Source: an uncultured Desulfobacca sp.
GTDB taxonomy: Bacteria > Desulfobacterota > Desulfobaccia > Desulfobaccales > 0-14-0-80-60-11
DNA length: 53,112 nt
Reading direction: 5' to 3'
NCBI GenBank assembly: GCA_964578335.1
Contig: CAZOCQ010000001.1
Span: 1 to 53,112 of the forward strand
Under the pieces are notes generated by a model. The model saw only the letters and a program-made list of their open reading frames with translations, made no database searches and had not been told where the DNA came from. Below, in pieces: positions 1-8,744 of the stretch. How positions within the stretch are numbered: the stretch's first letter is position 1; every line of letters begins with the position of its first letter. A program made the position numbers and the translations under genes.

Positions 1-138
1 CGCGATCTCGGAGACGAAGAACGGGTTGCCGCCCGTGACCCGGTGCGCCTCGACGTTTAGATTTATCCCCTCCAGGGCCAGGAATTCGTTGGGCCGGCCG
101 GCGTTGAAGACCTTGCGGATATCTTTGAGTTCAATCAT
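1..138 (-). CDS. ABC transporter ATP-binding protein, N-terminal part (runs off window)
   Basis: ATG at 138 lies 7 nt after the permease stop. Reverse translation MIELKDIRKVFNAGRPNEFLALEGINLNVEA... resembles the N-terminus of ABC ATPases. Walker A is not reached within the 46 visible codons. Confidence 0.5.
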   Translation of the reverse strand, partial: MIELKDIRKVFNAGRPNEFLALEGINLNVEAHRVTGGNPFFVSEIA

Positions 139-145
139 CTCCGCC

Positions 146-1273
146 TCAGGTCCTGATGATGGAATCGGGGTCGGTGGTGGCCGCCCGCCAGGAGGGGATG
201 ATGGTGGCCACGGTGTAGGGCAGCACCGTGAGAAAGAACAGGGTGGCGACCTGATAGGCGCTGATGAACGGGGTCAGGCGAAAATCCGGATATAGGGTGG
301 ACCAGCCCATCAGGGCCGGCTTAAAGAGGCTGGCCGAAGACAGGAAGATGTGCCCGTAAGCCAGCAGGACTCCCAGCAGAAAAGAGCACAGCGAGACCGC
401 CAGGCCCTCCCAAAATTTCATCTGCAGGACGTCGCCGGTCTCCCAGCCGATGGCCTTGAGGATGCCGATTTCCCTTTTCTCTTCGGCGCTCAGGCCCGCG
501 GCCTTGTCCCAGGCGAAGATGAGAAAGGCCAGCACCGCCCCCGCCAGAATCACCAGGATGAGGCCGCCGCGCCAGTCGAAGGCCGCATCGTAAGTGCTCA
601 AGATGCCCTCCCGCAGGATGGAGCGGGTGTCTGGCAGCAACTGGAAAATCTTGAGGGCAATGGTGGGGACCTCTTTTTTATTGCGCACCGTCACCACCAG
701 ATCGGTGGCCTGACCGGCGGGAATCCCGAACACCTTGCGGAAATTCTCCGCGTCGATCAAGATCAGGTCGGAGGAGACCAAGGCCGAATTATCTCCGAAG
801 ACTCCCCGGACGGTAAAGTGTTTATAATAACCTTCTTGGTCGCGGAGGGAAATAATGCTGCCACCCCGCGCCTTGAGAAGATTCGAGACCCCCTGGCCCA
901 GGATGACCCCCCGCTCACAGAGCGGGCTGGCCATGATGGTGAAGTTGGCCCGGGTCACCGGGTCGAAATAGTACCCCCAGAGGCGCTCCTTGACTTCGGC
1001 CACCCCGCGAATCTTGCTGATTTTTTGCAGGTAGTCCAGGGGGATAAGCTCATGGCGGCCCGCCACCAGGCGCTGCACGATGATCTCCGGGGTCTCCTTG
1101 AGGATCAGCCCGGCTTCGCGTTTGATGGCCTGGGTGAAAAACATCACCGAGCCCAGGCTGAAGACCACCAGGGTATAAACCATAATCAGAGCGAGGTTTT
1201 TGCCCCGGCGCCGCATCAGGGAAGACAGGGTAAAGTCCAGGATGTGACGCTGTTTTTCAATAAATTGGCGCAT
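146..1273 (-). CDS. FtsX-like ABC transporter permease
   Basis: 375-aa ORF with an N-terminal TM helix, a large extracytoplasmic loop and C-terminal TM helices (MacB/LolE/FtsX layout). It is tightly coupled to the ATPase start downstream. Confidence 0.75.
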   Translation of the reverse strand: MRQFIEKQRHILDFTLSSLMRRRGKNLALIMVYTLVVFSLGSVMFFTQAIKREAGLILKETPEIIVQRLVAGRHELIPLDYLQKISKIRGVAEVKERLWGYYFDPVTRANFTIMASPLCERGVILGQGVSNLLKARGGSIISLRDQEGYYKHFTVRGVFGDNSALVSSDLILIDAENFRKVFGIPAGQATDLVVTVRNKKEVPTIALKIFQLLPDTRSILREGILSTYDAAFDWRGGLILVILAGAVLAFLIFAWDKAAGLSAEEKREIGILKAIGWETGDVLQMKFWEGLAVSLCSFLLGVLLAYGHIFLSSASLFKPALMGWSTLYPDFRLTPFISAYQVATLFFLTVLPYTVATIIPSWRAATTDPDSIIRT

Positions 1274-1285
1274 CTGTCGGTCGCA

Positions 1286-1564
1286 TCATTTCGGGGGCGT
1301 CACGATGGCCCCGGAAGGGAAATATTCCAGAGCCAGGGGGTGGCTTTGGAAGGGGGAATGGCGGTCGGCCTGGGAGGGGTGCCGCAGGTAAGCCGCTTCG
1401 GTGGACAGGCACAGGTCGGTAAGGCCCAATTTCCGGACGATTTCCACCTCATAATGGAGCCCGGAAAGCCGCGCCGCCATCTGGAAATGGGCGTGGATGA
1501 ACATCGCCCCCAGCAGCAGGCAATTGCCCAGAAGGAACAGCAGGAATTTATCGGCCTTTCTCAC
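1286..1564 (-). CDS. small membrane protein, hypothetical (GTG start)
   Basis: 92-aa ORF that fills the gap between nosL and the permease on the same strand. One hydrophobic helix (FLLFLLGNCLLLGAMFI). No recognisable family. Confidence 0.35.
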   Translation of the reverse strand: MRKADKFLLFLLGNCLLLGAMFIHAHFQMAARLSGLHYEVEIVRKLGLTDLCLSTEAAYLRHPSQADRHSPFQSHPLALEYFPSGAIVTPPK

Positions 1565-1582
1565 CGCAACGTCCCATCCTGA

Positions 1583-2056
1583 TTAATCCAGAGGCTTAAT
1601 CACCTCTTTGGTGATGTCATTAAAGCGATAGATTTGCTGGCCGGCGTGGTCCTTCAGGAAATCTTTGGCCTCCGCTTCTTCCTTGAAAGGGATCAACTCT
1701 TTCCCCATGGGACCGTAAACGTCGCTCCCCACCACGTAATAGGCTTTCTGTCCGTCAATGGGGGACAGGCTGTAATAATCCGTCACCCAGATGGCGGCAA
1801 TATCCGTGAGCTGTTTGTCTTTACGGTACTTCCCCAGTTCGAAGTAATATTTCATCATGTCCTTGACGCCGTCAAAGAAATCCCGGGAGCCGTCCTTGAA
1901 GACGATCTGGGCCAGAAAATCGGGATACTTGGCCACGAACATGCCGCACACCGGGCATTTGTCCCCGGCGCCGGGTTGGGCCGGCGCCACTTCGGCCGCC
2001 GACGCCGCAGCCGCAGTTAATATGACGGCCGCCAGGAGCAGGCGCAACCAGGTCAT
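1583..2056 (-). CDS. nosL: NosL-family copper-chaperone-like lipoprotein/secreted protein
   Basis: Signal peptide followed by CPVCGMFVAKYPDF...DFFDGVKDMMKYY, which is typical of the NosL family. Confidence 0.75.
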   Translation of the reverse strand: MTWLRLLLAAVILTAAAASAAEVAPAQPGAGDKCPVCGMFVAKYPDFLAQIVFKDGSRDFFDGVKDMMKYYFELGKYRKDKQLTDIAAIWVTDYYSLSPIDGQKAYYVVGSDVYGPMGKELIPFKEEAEAKDFLKDHAGQQIYRFNDITKEVIKPLD

Positions 2057-2115
2057 TTCTGCCTCCTCAAAGGTGCCGGCGGGATAGCCTCCCCGCCCGC
2101 GATGTTCAGCAATTC

Positions 2116-2652
2116 TTATTTTTGTTGCTGCTGTTGCTGCTTCTGCTGCATCATCAATCTCTTCTTGGCCCGCCTTTCCCGGATCATCTTGGTGTCGGCG
2201 TACATATCCTCGTAGGTGGCCTTCATGGCGTCGTCAAAGGAGGCCAATTGCCCGCCGCTCGCCTTGATGAACGCCTCGGCCGCGGCCTTGTCGGCAAAGG
2301 CCCACTTGGCCCGCTTGGTCATGACCCCGGGTTTGTCGCCCCCGATGACCCAGTAAGCCTTTTCGGCGTCGATCAGCTTTTTGCTCGGATAATCCGCCGC
2401 CTGGATGGCTTGCGGGGTCTTGTCGATGTGTTGGGCCAGGTCAACCGCCAGACAGTGAATGCTGCAGGAACCCAGCTTTGAGCCGTCGGTGTATTCGATC
2501 AACATCCGGCTGTGGCCAAATTTTTCCCGGTCCATGCCGCAGTATTTGCAACTGGGAAATAGTTTAATGTCATCAGCTACCTGCGCCCAGGCGCACGTTC
2601 CGCTCAACACCAATATGGCCGCCGGCAGCCAACTCCAAAGTTTCCTCTTCAT
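2116..2652 (-). CDS. second NosL-like protein with poly-Gln C-terminal tail
   Basis: Start trimmed to MKRKLWSWLPAAILVLSGTCAWA (signal peptide) behind GGAGGGAGG. Contains CKYCGMDREKFGHS and CSIHC motifs. Ends in MMQQKQQQQQQK. Confidence 0.65.
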   Translation of the reverse strand: MKRKLWSWLPAAILVLSGTCAWAQVADDIKLFPSCKYCGMDREKFGHSRMLIEYTDGSKLGSCSIHCLAVDLAQHIDKTPQAIQAADYPSKKLIDAEKAYWVIGGDKPGVMTKRAKWAFADKAAAEAFIKASGGQLASFDDAMKATYEDMYADTKMIRERRAKKRLMMQQKQQQQQQK

Positions 2653-2684
2653 TTTCCTCCCTCCATTTTCCCCAGCGGTTTGAA

Positions 2685-2698
2685 TTGCCACTTGGCAA
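2685..2698. promoter_or_regulatory. perfect palindrome TTGCCA-CT-TGGCAA in divergent intergenic region
   Basis: Seen directly, about 35-45 nt upstream of the NosL-like ATG (2652) and upstream of the divergent sigma-54 activator gene. Function not established. Confidence 0.3.
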
Positions 2699-2871
2699 GA
2701 ATTATCAACCGAAAGTGAAATTTGTATGAACTTAAGTTCAGAATCCACAAAATGCAATAGGTATTTTTTCCTAATTTTTAGCCTGAGGCTATTCAGGAAT
2801 GGGGGCGATAAGAACCTTTAATAACATTTTCGTAATAATTTTGTTTGCATTTTGCTTTTAAATCAACCAAA

Positions 2872-4425
2872 ATGAAAGAAAACCTTTTCAAACCATCTTC
2901 AGGCCGACATATGGACGAATTAACCCTGCTTTACGAAATTACCGAAAACTTAAGCACCCTGGGACCTTTGCCCCGCAGTCTGCAACGGGTCCTGCAAGTC
3001 CTGGCCCAACGCATGGGCATGCGCCGGGGCACCATCTCCATCCTCAACCCCGAGACCTCCGAATTGCAAATCGAAGTGGCCCAGGGCCTCACCGCCGAAG
3101 CCCGCAAGCGCGGGCGCTACAAATTGGGGGAAGGCATCACCGGCCGGGTGGTGGAAACCGGCGAACCCGCGGTGGTGCCGGTGGTCAGCCAGGAGCCCCT
3201 CTTCCTGAACCGCACCCGTTCCCGGGGCGCCCGGGAGAAGGACGAAATCTCCTTTATCTGCGTGCCCATCAAGATCAACCACCAGACCATCGGCGCCCTC
3301 TCGGTGGACCGCCTCCGCCGGGACCTGGACCTGGACCACGACCTGCGGCTGCTCACCATCATCGCCTCCATCATCGCCCAGACGGTGAACAACCTCTTGC
3401 TCATCGACCGGGAGAAGGAGCGCCTCCAGACCGAAAACCTGAAGCTCAAAGGCCAGTTGCAGGAGCGTTTCCAGGTGGGCAACATCATCGGCAAATCCGG
3501 GCGCATGCGCCAGGTCTTCGAGATGATTGACCGGGTGGCCAAAAGCAACGCCACCATCCTCATCCGGGGCGAATCCGGCACCGGCAAGGAATTGGTGGCT
3601 TCCGCCGTCCATTATAACAGTCTCCGGGCCGACAAGCCCTTCATCAAGGTCAACGTCGCCGCCCTCCCCGAGACCCTGGTGGAGAGCGAACTCTTCGGGC
3701 ACGAACGGGGGGCCTTCACCGGGGCCTTGCAGCGCAAGCAGGGCCGCTTCGAACTGGCCCAGGGCGGCACCATCTTCCTGGATGAAATCGGCGACCTCAG
3801 CCCCAACGTCCAGCTCAAGCTGCTGCGGGTCATCCAGGAGCGGGAGTTCACCCGCCTGGGGGGCGCCGCCACCCTGAAGGCCGACGTGCGGCTGCTGGCC
3901 GCCACCCACCGGGACCTGGAACAGGCCGTGGCCAAGGCCCTCTTCCGGGAGGACCTCTACTACCGGCTCAACGTCTTTCCCATCTATCTGCCGCCGCTCC
4001 GGGAGCGCATGGCCGACATCCCCCTTCTCTCCGACCACTTCCTGGCCAAGTACTCCGGCGAGCACCAGAAACCGGTGCAGCGCCTCTCGGCCCCGGCCCT
4101 GGACCTGCTCATGCAGTACCCCTGGCCCGGCAACGTCCGGGAGTTGGAAAACATCATCGAGCGGGCCGTGCTGGTCTGCGACGAGGACACCATCCTCAGC
4201 GTCCACCTGCCGCCCTCCCTGCAGCGCCAGGAGCCCGGCGCCTCCCCCAACAGCGGCCTGGCCTCCCAGGTGGAGAAGCTGGAGAAGGAGCTGATCACCG
4301 AGGCCCTGCGCCAGACCCGGGGCAACCAGAGCAAGGCCGCCCATATCCTGGACACCAGCCTCCGCATCCTGGGCTACAAGATCAAGCAGTACGGCATCGA
4401 AACCCGCCGCTTCCGCGCCGCCTGA
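2872..4425 (+). CDS. sigma-54-dependent transcriptional activator, GAF + AAA+ + Fis-type HTH (NifA-like architecture)
   Basis: GESGTGKE Walker A, ESELFGHERGAFTGA (GAFTGA loop), an N-terminal GAF-like region and a C-terminal HTH (GNQSKAAHILDTSLRILGYKIKQYGI). The track ORF starts at a TTG (2845). The first ATG is at 2872 and an alternative ATG is at 2911. Confidence 0.85.
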   Translation: MKENLFKPSSGRHMDELTLLYEITENLSTLGPLPRSLQRVLQVLAQRMGMRRGTISILNPETSELQIEVAQGLTAEARKRGRYKLGEGITGRVVETGEPAVVPVVSQEPLFLNRTRSRGAREKDEISFICVPIKINHQTIGALSVDRLRRDLDLDHDLRLLTIIASIIAQTVNNLLLIDREKERLQTENLKLKGQLQERFQVGNIIGKSGRMRQVFEMIDRVAKSNATILIRGESGTGKELVASAVHYNSLRADKPFIKVNVAALPETLVESELFGHERGAFTGALQRKQGRFELAQGGTIFLDEIGDLSPNVQLKLLRVIQEREFTRLGGAATLKADVRLLAATHRDLEQAVAKALFREDLYYRLNVFPIYLPPLRERMADIPLLSDHFLAKYSGEHQKPVQRLSAPALDLLMQYPWPGNVRELENIIERAVLVCDEDTILSVHLPPSLQRQEPGASPNSGLASQVEKLEKELITEALRQTRGNQSKAAHILDTSLRILGYKIKQYGIETRRFRAA

Positions 4426-4533
4426 CGCCAGGAGATCAGCAGGGGAGTAATAAGGGAGACGCCGGTTTTGCCCCGAAAGTCTTTCCTCCGGGAAGCCGCG
4501 GTGAACCGGTGTTTATGTGGAACAGCCGCAGAT

Positions 4534-4559
4534 GTAGCGGGAAAGCGCCCCGCCTCCCG
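4534..4559 (+). repeat. REP-A hairpin copy (GTAGCGGGAAAGCG..CGCCTCCCG), followed by a T-run; probable terminator of the activator gene
   Basis: GCGGGA/TCCCGC stem followed by TTTTTTGCTTTTTT. The same element is found at 8226, 18351(-) and 28052(-). Confidence 0.6.
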
Positions 4560-4695
4560 TTTTTTGCTTTTTTATCCCCTCGAGGACCATCGGGATGGAA
4601 TATTTTTTTTCACGAAATTGCCAGCCGCAACACTCTCCAAAAAGTATTAACGTAACGGTCTTTACTCGTGGCATAATGTTTCTGAGTGAGACCTG

Positions 4696-7600
4696 ATGAA
4701 CCTCTTCGAAACCTATATCCTGGAACTTCACCAGATCCGCTCCACCGGGGCGGCCACCCCGGAGACTTCCTACTACCCTGCGTTATCCAATCTTTTCAAC
4801 GAAATCGGCAAGACCCTCAAGCCCAAAGTCCGGTGCCTCATCAACTTGAAGAACCGGGGAGCCGGTCTCCCGGACGGCGGCCTTTTTACCCCTGACCAGT
4901 TCCAGAAGACGACCACTGAACCAATGCCCGGCGCCGTCCCGGCCCGTGGGGTCATTGAAGTAAAGCCCGCCGGCGAGGACGCCTGGCTCACCGCCGGCGG
5001 GGAGCAGGTCTCCCGATATTGGGGAAAATATCGGCAGGTGTTGGTTACCAATCTGCGGGACTTCCTATTGGTGGGACAGGATGCCGAAGGCAACCAGGTG
5101 AAGCTGGAAGCCTACCGCCTGGCCCCCAATGAAGCCGACTTTTGGAGAGAAGCCGCCCACCCCCGCCGCCTGGCCGCGGCCCACGGCGAACGCTTCATCG
5201 AGTTCCTAAAGCGCGTCATGCTCCAGGCCGCACCCCTGGCCGCCCCCAAGGAGGTGGCCTGGTTCCTGGCCTCTTACGCCCGGGACGCCAGGGCCCGGAT
5301 TGAGGGGGTCGCACTCCCGGCCCTGGACACGCTTAGGAATGCCCTGGAAGAGGCCCTCGGGCTGAAGTTCGAGGGCACCAAGGCCGACCCCGACAAAGGC
5401 GAGCACTTTTTCCGCTCCACCCTGGTGCAGACCATCTTTTACGGGGTCTTCTCCGCCTGGGTGCTGTGGCATAAAAAGCATCTCCCCATCAATCCGAAGG
5501 ACAGGTTTCACTGGCGGGAGGCCGCCTGGCATCTCCACGTCCCCATGATTCAGGCGCTGTTCGAGCAACTCTCCATGCCCTCCAAACTGGAACCCCTGGG
5601 CCTGGTGGAAGTCCTGGACTGGACCGAGGCCTGCCTGAACCGGGTGAGCCGGGCCGACTTTTTCGCCCAGTTCGAGGAAGGCCATGCGGTTCAGTATTTT
5701 TATGAACCCTTCCTGGAAGCCTTTGACCCCAAGCTGAGGAAAGACCTGGGGGTCTGGTACACCCCGCCGGAAATCGTGCAATACATGGTCGCCAGGGTGG
5801 ACGCCGTGCTTCGCCAGGAACTGGACCTCCCCGACGGCCTGGCCGACCCCAGGGTCTACGTCCTCGACCCCTGCTGCGGCACCGGGGCCTACCTGGTGGA
5901 GGTCTTGAAGAGCATCCACGCCACCCTGCAAGCCCAAGGGGGTGACGGCCTGGTGGCCCACAAGGTCAAGCTGGCCGCCCTGGGCCGGGTCTTCGGCTTT
6001 GAAATCCTGCCCGCCCCCTTTGTCGTGGCCCACTTGCAGTTGGGCCTCTATCTGCAAAACCTGGGTGCGCCCCTGGCCGCAGAGACCACTATCAAGAAGG
6101 GGGAGCGGGCCGGGGTCTATCTCACCAATGCCTTGACGGGTTGGGAGCCGCCCGCCGGCCCCAAGAAACAGCTGGCCTTCCCCCAGATGGAGGAGGAACG
6201 GGACGCGGCCGAAGAAGTGAAGCGGGACCGGCCCATCCTGGTCATTCTCGGCAATCCCCCCTACAACGCCTTCGCCGGGGTGAGCGCCGCCGCCGAAAAA
6301 ATCCTGGTGGAGCCTTACAAGGAAGGCCTGGTTAAAAAGTGGGGTATCAAGAAGTTCAACCTGGACGACCTCTACGTCCGGTTCTTCGGCCTGGCCGAAC
6401 GCCGCATCGCCGGGATGACCGGCCAGGGGGTGGTCTCTTTCATCTCCAACTTTTCCTACCTGGGCGACCCCTCGTTTTTGGTCCTGCGCCGGCGTTTTCT
6501 GGCCGAATTTGACGCCCTGTGGTTCGATTGCCTGAACGGCGACAGCCGGGAGACCGGCAAGCTCACTCCGGACGGCAAGCCTGACCCCAGTGTCTTTTCC
6601 ACTGAATACAACCGGGAGGGCATCCGGGTAGGCACCGCCGTTTGCCTGATGGTGCGAAAAGATGTGGAACAGCCGCCCTCGGCTGTTTCTTTGCGGGGCC
6701 TCAACTCGGTGCATTTCCGCCATTTCTGGGGAGCGACCAAGCGGGCCGACTTGCTGGAAAGTCTGAAGGCGCCAGACTTTTCTGCGCAATATCAACAGGC
6801 CCACCCGGAGGAGGGCAACAGGTTCTCATTCCGGCCTTTAACTGTGGCGTCCCATTATTTGGACTGGCCGAGCCTTGATGCCCTTGCCGAACGGTTTTTT
6901 GCCGGAATAGCGGAAGATAGACAAAAAGCCCTCATTTCTATCGACCGCTCACTACTACAGGATCGAATGAAGCAGTATTTTGATCCAGATACAGATTGGG
7001 AAACGTTAGTAGGCCTAAAAACCACTTTAACGAAGAATGTCCCTCGATTTGATGCAAAAAAGGCAAGAGCCGGCCTGCTTGAGGCTGAGAAGTATGAAGA
7101 AACCAGAATTTTGCCTTTTGCTATGCGTCCTTTTGATTTGCAGTGGTGCTACTACTCGCCAGTTCGCCCACTATGGCGAGAACCACGTCCTGAATACTGG
7201 TTTTCTTTTAAGTCAGGAGAACCAGCAATCGTTACGAGATTCCAAGGCGTAAAATCCCCCGAAGGCCCGCCTCTCACATTCGCCCGGCAGCTTTGCGATT
7301 ACCACATGATGCCGCCCAATTCATTTATTTTCCCCATACTTCTTCACAAAAACCGACCCCAAAATAATAATTCAGGGCAAAATCATCTTTTTGAGGAGAG
7401 CGCTCCTTACGAAATCATCGGAGCCAACCTCTCCGCTACCGCCCGGACCTATTTGGCCGCCCTGGGGCTACCAGACCCGGACACCAACGCCGAGACCGCC
7501 GGGCTTATCTGGATGCACGCCCTGGCCGTAGGCTATGCCCCTGCCTACCTGACGGAGAACGCCGACGGCATTCGCCAGGATTGGCCCAGGGTTCCCCTGC

Positions 7601-8229
7601 CGGACACCGCCGCGGCCCTGAATAACTCTGCCCAACTGGGCCGACAGGTGGCCGCCCTGCTGGACACGGAAAACCCGGTTACAGGAGTCACGGCGGGAAC
7701 TCCCCGGCCTGAGATGAAAGTCCTGGCCGTCATCGCCAGGGAGGGCGGCGGCCCCCTGAACCCGGACGCCGGCGACCTGGCCCTCACTGCCGGCTGGGGC
7801 TATGGCGGCAAGGACGGCGTGACCATGCCGGGGAAAGGCAAGGCGGTGCCGCGGGATTACACCCCCGAGGAACTGGCGGCCATCCGGGAGGGCGCTCCGG
7901 CCCTGGGCCTCACCGTGGAGGCGGCCCTGGAGCGCCTGGGAGAATCCACCTACGACATCTATCTGAACGGAGTGGCCTACTGGCGGAATATCCCGGAGAA
8001 GGTCTGGAACTACTACATCGGCGGCTACCAGGTCATTAAAAAGTGGCTCTCCTACCGGGAACGGCCCCTTTTGGGCCGCCCCCTGACCCCGGACGAGGTT
8101 GAAGAAGTCACCCGTATGGCCCGCCGCCTGGCCGCCCTCATTCTGCTGCAGCCAGCCTTAAACGCCAACTACCGGGAGGTAAAGGAATCCACTTATAGCT
8201 GGCCCAAGAGTTTAGCCCGTAGCCGGTAG
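4696..8229 (+). CDS. single-polypeptide restriction-modification enzyme (type IIG / type ISP-C-terminal-like): PD-ExK nuclease + gamma-class N6-adenine methyltransferase + specificity domain
   Basis: N-terminus has LPD(60)GG...IE(88)VK(90), a PD-ExK motif. SAM motif I is VLDPCCGTGAYL and motif IV is GNPPYNAF. The C-terminal YYIGGYQVIKKWLSYRE matches the type ISP C-terminal domain signature as I recall it. Confidence 0.8.
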   Translation: MNLFETYILELHQIRSTGAATPETSYYPALSNLFNEIGKTLKPKVRCLINLKNRGAGLPDGGLFTPDQFQKTTTEPMPGAVPARGVIEVKPAGEDAWLTAGGEQVSRYWGKYRQVLVTNLRDFLLVGQDAEGNQVKLEAYRLAPNEADFWREAAHPRRLAAAHGERFIEFLKRVMLQAAPLAAPKEVAWFLASYARDARARIEGVALPALDTLRNALEEALGLKFEGTKADPDKGEHFFRSTLVQTIFYGVFSAWVLWHKKHLPINPKDRFHWREAAWHLHVPMIQALFEQLSMPSKLEPLGLVEVLDWTEACLNRVSRADFFAQFEEGHAVQYFYEPFLEAFDPKLRKDLGVWYTPPEIVQYMVARVDAVLRQELDLPDGLADPRVYVLDPCCGTGAYLVEVLKSIHATLQAQGGDGLVAHKVKLAALGRVFGFEILPAPFVVAHLQLGLYLQNLGAPLAAETTIKKGERAGVYLTNALTGWEPPAGPKKQLAFPQMEEERDAAEEVKRDRPILVILGNPPYNAFAGVSAAAEKILVEPYKEGLVKKWGIKKFNLDDLYVRFFGLAERRIAGMTGQGVVSFISNFSYLGDPSFLVLRRRFLAEFDALWFDCLNGDSRETGKLTPDGKPDPSVFSTEYNREGIRVGTAVCLMVRKDVEQPPSAVSLRGLNSVHFRHFWGATKRADLLESLKAPDFSAQYQQAHPEEGNRFSFRPLTVASHYLDWPSLDALAERFFAGIAEDRQKALISIDRSLLQDRMKQYFDPDTDWETLVGLKTTLTKNVPRFDAKKARAGLLEAEKYEETRILPFAMRPFDLQWCYYSPVRPLWREPRPEYWFSFKSGEPAIVTRFQGVKSPEGPPLTFARQLCDYHMMPPNSFIFPILLHKNRPQNNNSGQNHLFEESAPYEIIGANLSATARTYLAALGLPDPDTNAETAGLIWMHALAVGYAPAYLTENADGIRQDWPRVPLPDTAAALNNSAQLGRQVAALLDTENPVTGVTAGTPRPEMKVLAVIAREGGGPLNPDAGDLALTAGWGYGGKDGVTMPGKGKAVPRDYTPEELAAIREGAPALGLTVEAALERLGESTYDIYLNGVAYWRNIPEKVWNYYIGGYQVIKKWLSYRERPLLGRPLTPDEVEEVTRMARRLAALILLQPALNANYREVKESTYSWPKSLARSR

Positions 8230-8252
8230 CGGGAAAGCGAAGCGCCTCCCGC
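8226..8252 (+). repeat. REP-A hairpin copy overlapping the RM gene stop codon
   Basis: GTAGCGGGAAAGCGAAGCGCCTCCCGC. It is a direct repeat of 4534..4559 (first 14 nt identical, then CGCCTCCCG). Confidence 0.6.
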
Positions 8253-8744
8253 CTTTAGCATCCTTGAACTCTCTTTATCCGCGTCAACTGTCCCAGCCTT
8301 TCTGGAAATTTCTTGCCCCCGCCCTTAAGCTATCGGCATGAGGAAATTATCCGCCCCGCTCCCGGAGCGCCCGGTCCCCAGGCGGCACAAATGCGGTGCA
8401 ACCGCGGCGCGGAGTCGGCGCCGGACCGCCCAGCCGACGGCTCCTTAGCGAACTAAAGTTAGCAAAATAAGGTAGTTATGCGAACCAAACTGCGGAAATT
8501 CTTCAGGTGCCGGCACAGGTTGGCCCCCCAGGCCCGGAATTCCGCGCCCAAGGCCCCCAAAAAAGGCCGGCTCAATCAGGAAAACTTAGCAATATGGCTA
8601 ACTTGGCAGAGGCACAGTTTTTTCTTCCCTAAGTTGTACTTATACTTGCCTTTTTCGCCGCCAAGAGACCCTGGCGCGCTTTTTCGAGCAAAAATGCAAC
8701 TTGAAAGGAGGTGAAGCTGCGCGGTGGCCTCTTTTCTTGCCTCG

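Noticed and set aside
350-1582. 410-aa plus-strand ORF opposite the FtsX permease
   Set aside because: Its composition is Gly/Arg/Pro/Ala-rich and low-complexity, typical of antisense shadow ORFs in GC-rich DNA. The minus-strand frame has a recognisable family and operon context.
2680-2700. Sigma-54 promoter (TGGCAC-N5-TTGC) upstream of the NosL operon; likewise near 24537 (fdhA), 39371, 8607 and 15664
   Set aside because: TGGCA-containing strings exist at these sites. In every case either the GG-to-GC spacing is off by at least one nucleotide or the -12 GC is missing.
2950-4344. 464-aa minus-strand ORF (and nested ORFs 3117..3587, 3612..3935, 3984..4367) opposite the sigma-54 activator
   Set aside because: These are shadow ORFs. 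The plus frame carries unambiguous AAA+ and GAFTGA motifs.
5206-6804. 532-aa minus-strand ORF inside the RM gene
   Set aside because: Antisense shadow with no motifs. The plus frame has methyltransferase motifs I and IV.
8253-8744. Possible gene or ncRNA in the 490-bp gap after the RM gene (ORFs 8478..8714 and 8576..8848)
   Set aside because: No RBS, family motif or convincing structure was found, and the composition is mixed. Left unannotated rather than guessed.
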